A stretch of 64,000 nt of DNA from Eledone cirrhosa (Eukaryota). The stretch spans positions 397,854,001-397,918,000 of the forward strand of contig OZ024741.1 in NCBI GenBank assembly GCA_964016885.1, read 5' to 3'. This document shows positions 27,351-42,350 of this stretch, in pieces. How positions within the stretch are numbered: position 1 is the stretch's first letter; each line of letters begins with the position of its first letter. Position numbers and translations under genes: made by a program. A model generated the notes under the pieces. The model saw nothing but the letters and a program-made list of their open reading frames with translations. It searched no databases and was not told where the DNA came from.

Positions 27351-30300
27351 TCTCTCTAGTCCCTCAATAGTCACCTAGTATCTACTAAACTACATCTTAA
27401 TATATCTAGTCCCTCAATTGTCACCTAGTATCTACTAAACTATATCTTAGTCTCTCTACTCTCTCCATAGTCACCTAGTATCTACTAAACTATATCTTAG
27501 TCTCTCTAGTCCCTCAATAGTCAACTAGTATCTACTAAACTATATTTTAGTCTCTCTAGTCCCTCAATAGTCACCTAGTATCTACTAAACTGTATTTAAT
27601 CTCTCTACTCCCTCAATAGTCACCTAGTATCTACTAAACTATATCTTAGTCTCTCTACTCCCTCAATAGTCATCTAGTATCTACTAAACTACATCTTAGA
27701 CTCTCTACTCCCTCAATAGTCACCTTGTATCTACTAAACTATATCTTAGTCTCTCTAGTCCCTCAATAGTCAGCTAGTATCTACTAAACTATATCTTACA
27801 CTCTCTACTCCCTCAATAGTCACCTAGTATCTACTAAACTATATCTTAGTCTCTCTAGACCCTCAATAGTCACCTATTATCTACTAAACTATATCTTAGT
27901 CTCTCTTGTCCCTCAATAGTCACCTAGTATCTACTAACCTATATCTTAGACTCTCTAGTCCCTCAATGGTCACCTAGTATCTACTAAACTATATCTTAGT
28001 CTCTCTACTCCCTCAATAGTCACCTAGTATCTACTAAACTATATCTTAGTCTCTCTACTCCCTCAATAGTCACCTAGTATCTACTAAACTACATCTTAGT
28101 CTCTCTAGTCCCTCAATAGTCACCTAGTATCTACTAAACTATATCTTAGTCTCTCTAGTCCCTCAATAGTCACCTAGTATCTACTAAACTATATCTTATC
28201 TCTCTACTCCCTCAATAGTCACCTAGTATCTACTAAACTATATCTTAGTCTCTCTAGTCCCTCAATAGTCACCTAGTATCTACTAAACTACATCTTACTC
28301 TCTCTAGTCCCTCAATTGTCACCTAGTATCTACTAAACTATATCTTAGTCTCTCTAGTCCCTCAATAGTCACCTAGTATCTACTAAACTATATCTTAGTC
28401 TCTCTAGTCCCTCAATAGTCACCTAGTATCTACTAAACTACATCTTAGTCTCTCTAGTCCCTCAATTGTCACCTAGTATCTACTAAATTATAACTTAATC
28501 TCTCTACTCCCTCAATAGTCACCTAGTATCTACTAAACTACATCTTATTCTCTCTAGTCCCTCAATTGTCACCTAGTATCTACTAAACTATATCTTAGTC
28601 TCTCTAGTCCCTCAATAGTCACCTAGTATCTACTAAACTATATCTTAGTCTCTCTACTCCCTCAATAGTCACCTAGTATCTACTAAACTATATCTTAGTC
28701 TCTCTTCTCCCTCAATAGTCACCTAGTATCTACTAAACTACATCTTATTCTCTCTACTCCCTCAATAGTCACCTAGTATCTACTAAACTACATCTTAGTC
28801 TCTCTAGTCCCTCAATAGTCACCTAGTATCTACTAAACTACATCTTAGTCTCTCTACTCCCTCAATAGTCACCTAGTATCTACTAAACTATATCATAGTC
28901 TCTCTAGTCCCTCAATAGTCACCTAGTATCTACTAAACTATATCTTAGTCTCTCTACTCCCTCAATAGTCACCTAGTATCTACTAAACTACATCTTATAC
29001 TCTCTACTCCCTCAATTGTCACCTAGTATCTACTAAACTATATCTTAGTCTCTCTAGTCCCTCAATAGTCACCTAGTATCTACTAAACTACATCTTAATA
29101 TATCTAGTCCCTCAATTGTCACCTAGTATCTACTAAACTATATCTTAGTCTCTCTACTCTCTCCATAGTCACCTAGTATCTACTAAACTATATCTTAGTC
29201 TCTCTAGTCCCTCAATAGTCAACTAGTATCTACTAAACTATATTTTAGTCTCTCTAGTCCCTCAATAGTCACCTAGTATCTACTAAACTGTATTTAATCT
29301 CTCTACTCCCTCAATAGTCACCTAGTATCTACTAAACTATATCTTAGTCTCTCTACTCCCTCAATAGTCATCTAGTATCTACTAAACTACATCTTAGACT
29401 CTCTACTCCCTCAATAGTCACCTTGTATCTACTAAACTATATCTTAGTCTCTCTAGTCCCTCATTAGTCAGCTAGTATCTACTAAACTATATCTTACACT
29501 CTCTACTCCCTCAATAGTCACCTAGTATCTACTAAACTATATCTTAGTCTCTCTAGACCCTCAATAGTCACCTATTATCTACTAAACTATATCTTAGTCT
29601 CTCTTGTCCCTCAATAGTCACCTAGTATCTACTAACCTATATCTTAGACTCTCTAGTCCCTCAATGGTCACCTAGTATCTACTAAACTATATCTTAGTCT
29701 CTCTACTCCCTCAATAGTCACCTAGTATCTACTAAACTATATCTTAGTCTCTCTACTCCCTCAATAGTCACCTAGTATCTACTAAACTACATCTTAGTCT
29801 CTCTAGTCCCTCAATAGTCACCTAGTATCTACTAAACTATATCTTAGTCTCTCTAGTCCCTCAATAGTCACCTAGTATCTACTAAACTATATCTTATCTC
29901 TCTACTCCCTCAATAGTCACCTAGTATCTACTAAACTATATCTTAGTCTCTCTAGTCCCTCAATAGTCACCTAGTATCTACTAAACTACATCTTACTCTC
30001 TCTAGTCCCTCAATTGTCACCTAGAATCTACTAAACTACATCTTATTCTCTCTAGTCCCTCAATTGTCACCTAGTATCTACTAAACTATATCTTAGTCTC
30101 TCTAGTCCCTCAATAGTCACCTAGTATCTACTAAACTATATCTTAGTCTCTCTACTCCCTCAATAGTCACCTAGTATCTACTAAACTATATCTTAGTCTC
30201 TCTTCTCCCTCAATAGTCACCTAGTATCTACTAAACTACATCTTATTCTCTCTACTCCCTCAATAGTCACCTAGTATCTACTAAACTACATCTTAGTCTC

Positions 30301-30530
30301 TCTAGTCCCTCAATAGTCACCTAGTATCTACTAAACTACATCTTAGTCTCTCTACTCCCTCAATAGTCACCTAGTATCTACTAAACTATATCATAGTCTC
30401 TCTAGTCCCTGAATAGTCACCTAGTATCTACTAAACTATATCTTAGTCTCTCTACTCCCTCAATAGTCACCTAGTATCTACTAAACTACATCTTATACTC
30501 TCTACTCCCTCAATTGTCACCTAGTATCTA
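27320..30530. repeat. Tandem duplication, period 1698 bp (34 monomers), second copy lacking 4 monomers
   Basis: Private variant tgtatttaat at 27591/29289 (1698). tatcatag at 28891/30389 (1498, i.e. 200 bp shorter). Confidence 0.85.
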
Positions 30531-33500
30531 CTAAACTACATCTTAGTCTCTCTAGTCCCTCAATAGTCACCTAGTATCTATTAACTACATCTTAGTCTCT
30601 CTACTCCCTCAATAGTCACCTGGTATCTACTAAACTATATCTTAGTCTCTCTAGTCCCTCAATAGTCACCTAGTATCTACTAAACTACATCTTAGACTCT
30701 CTAGTCCCTCAATAGTCACGTAGTATCTACTAAACTATATTTTACACTCTCTACTCTTTCAATAGTCACCTAGTATCTATTAAACTATATCTTACACTCT
30801 CTACTCCCTCAATAGGCACCTAGTATCTACTAAACTACATCTTAGGCTCTCTAGTCCCTCAATAGTCACCTAGTATCTATTAAACTATATCTTAGTCTCT
30901 CAAGTCCCTCAATAGTCACCTAGTATCTACTAAACTATATCTTACACTCTCTACTCCCTCAATAGTCACCTAGTATCTACTAAACTACATCTTAGTATCT
31001 CTAGTCCCTCAATTGTCACCTAGTACCTACTAAACTATATCTTAGTCTCTCTAGTCCTTCAATAGTCACCTAGTATCTACTAAACTATATCTTAGTCTCT
31101 CTAGTCCCTCAATAGTCACCTAGTATCTACTAAACTATATCTTACATTCTCTACTCCCTCAATAGTCACCTAGTATCTACTAAACTACATCTTAGTATCT
31201 CTAGTCCCTCAATTGTCACGTAGTATCTACTAAACTATATCTTAGTCTCTCTAGTCCCTCAATAGTCACCTAGTATCTACTAAACTATATCTTACACTCT
31301 CTACTCCCTCAATAGTCACCTAGTATCTACTAAACTACATCTTAGTATCTCTAGTCCCTCAATTGTCACCTAGTATCTACTAAATTATATCTTAGTCTCT
31401 CTACTCCCTCAATAGTCACCTAGTATCTACTAAACTACATCTTATTCTCTCTACTCCCTCAATAGTCACCTAGTATCTACTAAACTATATCTTAGTCTCT
31501 CTACTCCCTCAATAGTCATCTAGTATCTACTAAACTACATCTTAGACTCTCTACTCCCTCAATAGTCACCTTGTATCTACTAAACTATATCTTAGTCTCT
31601 CTAGTCCCTCAATAGTCAGCTAGTATCTACTAAACTATATCTTACACTCTCTACTCCCTCAATAGTCACCTAGTATCTACTAAACTATATTTTAGTCTCT
31701 CTAGACCCTCAATAGTCACCTATTATCTACTAAACTATATCTTAGTCTCTCTTGTCCCTCAATAGTCACCTAGTATCTACTAACCTATATCTTAGACTCT
31801 CTAGTCCCTCAATGGTCACCTAGTATCTACTAAACTATATCTTAGTCTCTCTACTCCCTCAATAGTCACCTAGTATCTACTAAACTATATCTTAGTCTCT
31901 CTACTCCCTCAATAGTCACCTAGTATCTACTAAACTACATCTTAGTCTCTCTAGTCCCTCAATAGTCACCTAGTATCTACTAAACTATATCTTAGTCTCT
32001 CTAGTCCCTCAATAGTCACCTAGTATCTACTAAACTATATCTTAACTCTCTACTCCCTCAATAGTCACCTAGTATCTACTAAACTATATCTTAGTCTCTC
32101 TAGTCCCTCAATAGTCACCTAGTATCTACTAAACTACATCTTACTCTCTCTTGTCCCTGAATTGTCACCTAGTATCTACTAAACTATATCTTAGTCTCTC
32201 TAGTCCCTCAATAGTCACCTAGTATCTACTAAACTATATCTTAGTCTCTCTAGTCCCTCAATAGTCACCTAGTATCTACTAAACTACATCTTAGTCTCTC
32301 TAGTCCCTCAATTGTCACCTAGTATCTACTAAATTATATCTTAATCTCTCTACTCCCTCAATAGTCACCTAGTATCTACTAAACTACATCTTATTCTCTC
32401 TAGTCCCTCAATTGTCACCTAGTATCTACTAAACTATATCTTAGTCTCTCTAGTCCCTCAATAGTCACCTAGTATCTACTAAACTATATCTTAGTCTCTC
32501 TACTCCCTCAATAGTCACCTAGTATCTACTAAACTACATCTTATACTCTCTACTCCCTCAATTATCACCTAGTATCTACTAAACTATATCTTAGTCTCTC
32601 TAGTCCCTCAATAGTCACCTAGTATCTACTAAACTATATCTTAGTCTCTCTAGTCCCTCAATAGTCACCTAGTATCTACTAAACTACATCTTAGTCTCTC
32701 TAGTCCCTCAATTGTCACCTAGTATCTACTAAATTATATCTTAATCTCTCTACTCCCTCAATAGTCACCTAGTATCTACTAAACTACATCTTATTCTCTC
32801 TAGTCCCTCAATTGTCACCTAGTATCTACTAAACTATATCTTAGTCTCTCTACTCCCTCAATAGTCACCTAGTATCTACTAAACTATATCTTAGTCTCTC
32901 TTCTCCCTCAATAGTCACCTAGTATCTACTAAACTACATCTTATTCTCTCTACTCCCTCAATAGTCACCTAGTATCTACTAAACTACATCTTAGTCTCTC
33001 TAGTCCCTCAATAGTCACCTAGTATCTACTAAACTACATCTTAATCTCTCTACTCCCTCAATAGTCACCTAGTATCTACTAAACTATATCATAGTCTCTC
33101 TAGTCCCTCAATAGTCACCTAGTATCTACTAAACTATATCTTAGTCTCTCTACTCCCTCAATAGTCACCTAGTATCTACTAAACTACATCTTATACTCTC
33201 TACTCCCTCAATTATCACCTAGTATCTACTAAACTACATCTTAGTCTCTCTAGTCCCTCAATAGTCACCTAGTATCTATTAACTACATCTTAGTCTCTCT
33301 ACTCCCTCAATAGTCACCTGGTATCTACTAAACTATATCTTAGTCTCTCTAGTCCCTCAATAGTCACCTAGTATCTACTAAACTACATCTTAGACTCTCT
33401 AGTCTCTCAATAGTCACGTAGTATCTACTAAACTATATTTTACACTCTCTACTCTTTCAATAGTCACCTAGTATCTATTAAACTATATCTTACACTCTCT

Positions 33501-36500
33501 ACTCCCTCAATAGGCACCTAGTATCTACTAAACTACATCTTAGGCTCTCTAGTCCCTCAATAGTCACCTAGTATCTATTAAACTATATCTTAGTCTCTCA
33601 AGTCCCTCAATAGTCACCTAGTATCTACTAAACTATATCTTACACTCTCTACTCCCTCAATAGTCACCTAGTATCTACTAAACTACATCTTAGTATCTCT
33701 AGTCCCTCAATTGTCACTTAGTACCTACTAAACTATATCTTAGTCTCTCTAGTCCTTCAATAGTCACCTAGTATCTACTAAACTATATCTTAGTCTCTCT
33801 AGTCCCTCAATAGTCACCTAGTATCTACTAAACTATATCTTACATTCTCTACTCCCTCAATAGTCACCTAGTATCTACTAAACTACATCTTAGTATCTCT
33901 AGTCCCTCAATTGTCACGTAGTATCTACTAAACTATATCTTAGTCTCTCTAGTCCCTCAATAGTCACCTAGTATCTACTAAACTATATCTTACACTCTCT
34001 ACTCCCTCAATAGTCACCTAGTATCTACTAAACTACATCTTAGTATCTCTAGTCCCTCAATAGTCACCTAGTATCTACTAAACTACATCTTAGGCTCTCT
34101 AGTCCCTCAATAGTCACCTAGTATCTATTAAACTATATCTTAGTCTCTCTAGTCCCTCAATAGTCACCTAGTATCTACTAAACTATATCTTACACTCTCT
34201 ACTCCCTCAATAGTCACCTAGTATCTATTAAACTATATCTGACACTCTCTACTCCCTCAATAGTCACCTCGTGTCTATTAAACTATATCCTAGTCTCTCT
34301 AGTCCCTCAATAGTCACCTAGTATCTACTAAACTACATCTTAATATATCTAGTCCCTCAATTGTCACCTAGTATCTACTAAACTATATCTTAGTCTCTCG
34401 ACTCCCTCCATAGTCACCTAATATCTACTAAACTATATCTTAGTCTCTCTAGTCCCTCAATAGTCAACTAGTATCTACTAAACTATATTTTAGTCTCTCT
34501 AGTGCCTCAATAGTCACCTAGTATCTACTATACTATATTTAATCTCTCTACTCCCTCAATAGTCACCTAGTATCTACTAAACTATATCTTAGTCTCTCTA
34601 CTCCCTCAATAGTCATCTAGTATCTACTAAACTACATCTTAGACTCTCTACTCCCTCAATAGTCACCTTGTATCTACTAAACTATATCTTAGTCTCTCTA
34701 GTCCCTCAATAGTCACCTAGTATCTACTAAACTATATGTTAGTCTCTCTACTCCCTCAATAGTCACCTAGTATCTACTAAACTACATCTTAGTATCTCTA
34801 GTCCCTCAATTGTCACGTAGTATCTACTAAACTATATCTTAGTCTCTCTAGTCCCTCAATAGTCACCTAGTATCTACTAAACTACATCTTAATATATCTA
34901 GTCCCTCAATTGTCACCTAGTATCTACTAAACTATATCTTAGTCTCTCTACTCTCTCCATAGTCACCTAGTATCTACTAAACTATATCTTAGTCTCTCTA
35001 GTCCCTCAATAGTCAACTAGTATCTACTAAACTATATTTAATCTCTCTACTCCCTCAATAGTCACCTAGTATCTACTAAACTATATCTTAGTCTCTCTAC
35101 TCCCTCAATAGTCATCTAGTATCTACTAAACTACATCTTAGACTCTCTACTCCCTCAATAGTCACCTTGTATCTACTAAACTATATCTTAGTCTCTCTAG
35201 TCCCTCAATAGTCAGCTAGTATCTACTAAACTATATCTTACACTCTCTACTCCCTCAATAGTCACCTAGTATCTACTAAACTATATCTTACACTCTCTAC
35301 CCCCTCAATAGGCACCTAGTATCTACTAAACTACATCTTAGTCTCTCTAGACCCTCAATAGTCACCTATTATCTACTAAACTATATCTTAGTCTCTCTTG
35401 TCCCTCAATAGTCACCTAGTATCTACTAAACTATATCTTAGTCTCTCTACTCCCTCAATGGTCACCTACTATCTACTAAACTATATCTTAGTCTCTCTAC
35501 TCCCTCAATAGTCACCTAGTATCTACTAAACTATATCTTAGTCTCTCTACTCCCTCAATAGTCACCTAGTATCTACTAAACAACATCTTAGTCTCTCTAG
35601 TCCCTCAATAGTCACCTAGTATCTACTAAACTATATCTTAGTCTCTCTAGTCCCTCAATAGTCACCTAGTATCTACTAAGCTATATCTTATCTCTCTACT
35701 CCCTCAATAGTCATCTAGTATCTACTAAACTACATCTTAGACTCTCTACTCCCTCAATAGTCACCTTGTATCTACTAAACTATATCTTAGTCTCTCTAGT
35801 CCCTCAATAGTCAGCTAGTATCTACTAAACTATATCTTACACTCTCTACTCCCTCAATAGTCACCTAGTATCTACTAAACTATATCTTAGTCTCTCTAGA
35901 CCCTCAATAGTCACCTATTATCTACTAAACTATATCTTAGTCTCTCTTGTCCCTCAATAGTCACCGAGTATCTACTAACCTATATCTTAGTCTCTCTAGT
36001 CCCTCAATGGTCACCTAGTATCTACTAAACTATATCTTAGTCTCTCTACTCCCTCAATAGTCACCTAGTATCTACTAAACTATATCTTAGTCTCTCTACT
36101 CCCTCAATAGTCACCTAGTATCTACTAAACTACATCTTAATCTCTCTATTCCCTCAATAGTCACCTAGTATCTAGTAAACTATATCTTACACTCTCTACT
36201 CCCTCAATAGTCACCTAGTATCTACTAAACTACATCTTATTCTCTCTAGTCCCTCAATTTTCACCTAGTACCTACTAAACTATATCTTAGTCTCTCTACT
36301 CCCTCAATAGTCACCTAGAATCTACTAAACTATATCTTAGTCTCTCTAGTCCTTCAATAGTCACCTAGTATCTACTAAACTATATCTTAGTCTCTCTACT
36401 CCCTCAATAGTCACCTAGTATCTACTAAACTATATCTTACATTCTCTACTCCCTCAATAGTCACCTAGTGTCTATTAAACTATATCCTAGTCACTCTAGT

Positions 36501-37599
36501 CCCTCAATAGTCACCTAGTATCTACTAAACTACATCTTAATATATCTAGTCCCTCGATTGTCACCTAGTATCTACTAAACTATATCTTAGTCTCTCTACT
36601 CCCTCCATAGTCACCTAGTATCTACTAAACTATATCTTAGTCTCTCTAGTCCCTCAATAGTCAACTAGTATCTACTAAACTATATTTTAGTCTCTCTACT
36701 CCCTCAATAGTCACCTAGTATCTACTAAACTACATCTTATACTCTCTACTCCCTCAATTGTCACCTAGTATCTACTAAACTACATCTTAGTCTCTCTAGT
36801 CCCTCAATAGTCACCTAGTATCTACTAAACTACATCTTAGACTCTCTAGTCCCTCAATAGTCACGTAGTATCTACTAAACTATATTTTACACTCTCTACT
36901 CTTTCAATAGTCACCTAGTATCTATTAAACTATATCTTACACTCTCTACTCCCTCAATAGGCACCTAGTATCTACTAAACTACATCTTAGGCTCTCTAGT
37001 CCCTCAATAGTCACCTAGTATCTATTAAACTATATCTTAGTCTCTCAAGTCCCTCAATAGTCACCTAGTATCTACTAAACTATATCTTACACTCTCTACT
37101 CCCTCAATAGTCACCTAGTATCTACTAAACTACATCTTAGTATCTCTAGTCCCTCAATTGTCACCTAGTACCTACTAAACTATATCTTAGTCTCTCTAGT
37201 CCTTCAATAGTCACCTAGTATCTACTAAACTATATCTTAGTCTCTCTAGTCCCTCAATAGTCACCTAGTATCTACTAAACTATATCTTACATTCTCTACT
37301 CCCTCAATAGTCACCTAGTATCTACTAAACTAAATCTTAGTATCTCTAGTCCCTCAATTGTCACGTAGTATCTACTAAACTATATCTTAGTCTCTCTAGT
37401 CCCTCAATAGTCACCTAGTATCTACTAAACTATATCTTACACTCTCTACTCCCTCAATAGTCACCTAGTATCTACTAAACTACATCTTAGTATCTCTAGT
37501 CCCTCAATAGTCACCTAGTATCTACTAAACTACATCTTAGGCTCTCTAGTCCCTCAATAGTCACCTAGTATCTATTAAACTATATCTTAGTCTCTCTAG

Positions 37600-40500
37600 T
37601 CCCTCAATAGTCACCTAGTATCTACTAAACTATATCTTACACTCTCTACTCCCTCAATAGTCACCTAGTATCTATTAAACTATATCTGACACTCTCTACT
37701 CCCTCAATAGTCACCTCGTTTCTATTAAACTATATCCTAGTCTCTCTAGTCGCTCAATAGTCACCTAGTATCTACTAAACTACATCTTAATATATCTAGT
37801 CCCTCAATTGTCACCTAGTATCTACTAAACTATATCTTAGTCTCTCGACTCCCTCCATAGTCACCTAATATCTACTAAACTATATCTTAGTCTCTCTAGT
37901 CCCTCAATAGTCAACTAGTATCTACTAAACTATATTTTAGTCTCTCTAGTGCCTCAATAGTCACCTAGTATCTACTAAACTATATTTAATCTCTCTACTC
38001 CCTCAATAGTCACCTAGTATCTACTAAACTATATCTTAGTCTCTCTACTCCCTCAATAGTCATCTAGTATCTACTAAACTACATCTTAGACTCTCTACTC
38101 CCTCAATAGTCACCTTGTATCTACTAAATTATATCTTAGTCTCTCTAGTCCCTCAATAGTCACCTAGTATCTACTAAACTATATGTTAGTCTCTCTACTC
38201 CCTCAATAGTCACCTAGTATCTACTAAACTACATCTTAGTATCTCTAGTCCCTCAATTGTCACCTAGTATCTACTAAACTATATCTTAGTCTCTCTAGTC
38301 CCTCAATAGTCACCTAGTATCTACTAAACTACATCTTAATATATCTAGTCCATCAATTGTCACCTAGTATCTACTAAACTATATCTTAGTCTCTCTACTC
38401 TCTCCATAGTCACCTAGTATCTACTAAACTACATCTTAGACTCTCTACTCCCTCAATAGTCACCTTGTATCTACTAAACTATATCTTAGTCTCTCTAGTC
38501 CCTCAATAGTCAGCTAGTATCTACTAAACTATATCTTACACTCTCTACTCCCTCAATAGTCACCTAGTATCTACTAAACTATATCTTAATCTCTCTAGAC
38601 CCTCAATAGTCACCTATTATCTACTAAACTATATCTTAGTCTCTCTTGTCCCTCAATAGTCACCTAGTATCTACTAAACTATATCTTAGTCTCTCTAGTC
38701 CCTCAATGGTCACCTAGTATCTACTAAACTATATCTTAGTCTCTCTACTCCCTCAATAGTCACCTAGTATCTACTAAACTATATCTTAGTCTCTCTACTC
38801 CCTCAATAGTCACCTAGTATCTACTAAACTACATCTTAGTCTCTCTAGTCCCTCAATAGTCACCTAGTATCTACTAAACTATATCTTAGTCTCTCTAGTC
38901 CCTCAATAGTCACCTAGTATCTACTAAACTATATCTTATCTCTCTACTCCCTCAATAGTCATCTAGTATCTACTAAACTACATCTTAGACTCTCTACTCC
39001 CTCAATAGTCACCTTGTATCTACTAAACTATATCTTAGTCTCTCTAGTCCCTCAATAGTCAGCTAGTATCTACTAAACTATATCTTACACTCTCTACTCC
39101 CTCAATAGTCACCTAGTATCTACTAAACTATATCTTAGTCTCTCTAGACCCTCAATAGTCACCTATTATCTACTAAACTATATCTTAGTCTCTCTTGTCC
39201 CTCAATAGTCACCGAGTATCTACTAACCTATATCTTAGTCTCTCTAGTCCCTCAATGGTCACCTAGTATCTACTAAACTATATCTTAGTCTCTCTACTCC
39301 CTCAATAGTCACCTAGTATCTACTAAACTATATCTTAGTCTCTCTACTCCCTCAATAGTCACCTAGTATGTACTAAACTACATCTTAGTCTCTCTAGTCC
39401 CTCAATAGTCACCTAGTATCTAGTAAACTATATCTTACACTCTCTACTCCCTCAATAGTCACCTAGTATCTACTAAACTACATCTTAGTATCTCTAGTCC
39501 CTCAATTTTCACCTAGTACCTACTAAACTATATCTTAGTCTCTCTACTCCCTCAATAGTCACCTAGAATCTACTAAACTATATCTTAGTCTCTCTAGTCC
39601 CTCAATAGTCACCTAGTATCTACTAAACTATATCTTACATTCTCTACTCCCTCAATAGTCACCTAGTATCTACTAAACTACATCTTAGTATCTCTAGTCC
39701 CTCAATTGTCACGTAGTATCTACTAAACTATATCTTAGTCTCTCTAGTCCCTCAATAGTCACCTAGTATCTACTAAACTATATCTTAGTCTCTCTAGTCC
39801 CTCAATAGTCACCTAGTATCTATTAAACTATATCTTAGTCTCTCTAGTCCCTCAATAGTCACCTAGTATCTACTAAACTATATCTTACACTCTCTACTCC
39901 CTCAATAGTCACCTAGTATCTATTAAACTATATCTGACACTCTCTACTCCCTCAATAGTCACCTCGTGTCTATTAAACTATATCCTAGTCTCTCTAGTCG
40001 CTCAATAGTCACCTAGTATCTACTAAACTACATCTTAATATATCTAGTCCCTCAATTGTCACCTAGTATCTACTAAACTATATCTTAGTCTCTCGACTCC
40101 CTCCATAGTCACCTAATATCTATTAAACTATATCTTAGTCTCTCTAGTCCCTCAATAGTCAACTAGTATCTACTAAACTATATTTTAGTCTCTCTAGTGC
40201 CTCAATAGTCACCTAGTATCTACTAAACTATATTTAATCTCTCTACTCCCTCAATAGTCACCTAGTATCTACTAAACTATATCTTAGTCTCTCTACTCCC
40301 TCAATAGTCATCTAGTATCTACTAAACTACATCTTAGACTCTCTACTCCCTCAATAGTCACCTTGTATCTACTAAACTATATCTTACTCTCTCTAGTCCC
40401 TCAATAGTCACCTAGTATCTACTAAACTATATGTTAGTCTCTCTACTCCCTCAATAGTCACCTAGTATCTACTAAACTACATCTTAGTATCTCTAGTCCC

Positions 40501-42350
40501 TCAATTGTCACCTAGTATCTACTAAACTATATCTTAGTCTCTCTAGTCCCTCAATAGTCACCTAGTATCTACTAAACTACATCTTAATATATCTAGTCCC
40601 TCAATTGTCACCTAGTATCTACTAAACTATATCTTAGTCTCTCTACTCTCTCCATAGTCACCTAGTATCTACTAAACTATATCTTAGTCTCTCTAGTCCC
40701 TCAATAGTCAACTAGTATCTACTAAATTATATTTTAGTCTCTCTAGTCCCTCAATAGTCACCTAGTATCTACTAAACTATATTTAATCTCTCTACTCCCT
40801 CAATAGTCACCTAGTATCTACTAAACTATATCTTAGTCTCTCTACTCCCTCAATAGTCATCTAGTATCTACTAAACTACATCTTAGACTCTCTACTCCCT
40901 CAATAGTCACCTTGTATCTACTAAACTATATCTTAGTCTCTCTAGTCCCTCAATAGTCAGCTAGTATCTACTAAACTATATCTTACACTCTCTACTCCCT
41001 CAATAGTCACCTAGTATCTACTAAACTATATCTTAGTCTCTCTAGACCCTCAATAGTCACCTATTATCTACTAAACTATATCTTAGTCTCTCTTGTCCCT
41101 CAATAGTCACCTAGTATCTACTAAACTATATCTTAGTCTCTCTAGTCCCTCAATGGTCACCTAGTATCTACTAAACTATATCTTAGTCTCTCTACTCCCT
41201 CAATAGTCACCTAGTATCTACTAAACTATATCTTAGTCTCTCTACTCCCTCAATAGTCACCTAGTATCTACTAAACTACATCTTAGTCTCTCTAGTCCCT
41301 CAATAGTCACCTAGTATCTACTAAACTATATCTTAGTCTCTCTAGTCCCTCAATAGTCACCTAGTATCTACTAAACTATATCTTATCTCTCTACTCCCTC
41401 AATAGTCATCTAGTATCTACTAAACTACATCTTAGACTCTCTACTCCCTCAATAGTCACCTTGTATCTACTAAACTATATCTTAGTCTCTCTAGTCCCTC
41501 AATAGTCAGCTAGTATCTACTAAACTATATCTTACACTCTCTACTCCCTCAATAGTCACCTAGTATCTACTAAACTATATCTTAGTCTCTCTAGACCCTC
41601 AATAGTCACCTATTATCTACTAAACTATATCTTAGTCTCTCTTGTCCCTCAATAGTCACCGAGTATCTACTAACCTATATCTTAGTCTCTCTAATCCCTC
41701 AATGGTCACCTAGTATCTACTAAACTATATCTTAGTCTCTCTACTCCCTCAATAGTCACCTAGTATCTACTAAACTATATCTTAGTCTCTCTACTCCCTC
41801 AATAGTCACCTAGTATGTACTAAACTACATCTTAGTCTCTCTAGTCCCTCAATAGTCACCTAGTATCTAGTAAACTATATCTTACACTCTCTACTCCCTC
41901 AATAGTCACCTAGTATCTACTAAACTACATCTTAGTATCTCTAGTCCCTCAATTTTCACCTAGTACCTACTAAACTATATCTTAGTCTCTCTACTCCCTC
42001 AATAGTCACCTAGAATCTACTAAACTATATCTTAGTCTCTCTAGTCCCTCAATAGTCACCTAGTATCTACTAAACTATATCTTACATTCTCTACTCCCTC
42101 AATAGTCACCTAGTATCTACTAAACTACATCTTAGTATCTCTAGTCCCTCAATTGTCACGTAGTATCTACTAAACTATATCTTAGTCTCTCTAGTCCCTC
42201 AATAGTCACCTAGTATCTACTAAACTATATCTTAGTCTCTCTAGTCCCTCAATAGTCACCTAGTATCTATTAAACTATATCTTAGTCTCTCTAGTCCCTC
42301 AATAGTCACCTAGTATCTACTAAACTATATCTTACACTCTCTACTCCCTC
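37600..42350. repeat. Tandem duplication, period 2248-2447 bp (45-49 monomers)
   Basis: cgctc 37751/39999 and gcctc 37951/40199 (2248). accgag 39211/41658, gtatgt 39366/41813 and aatttt 39504/41951 (2447). Confidence 0.85.
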
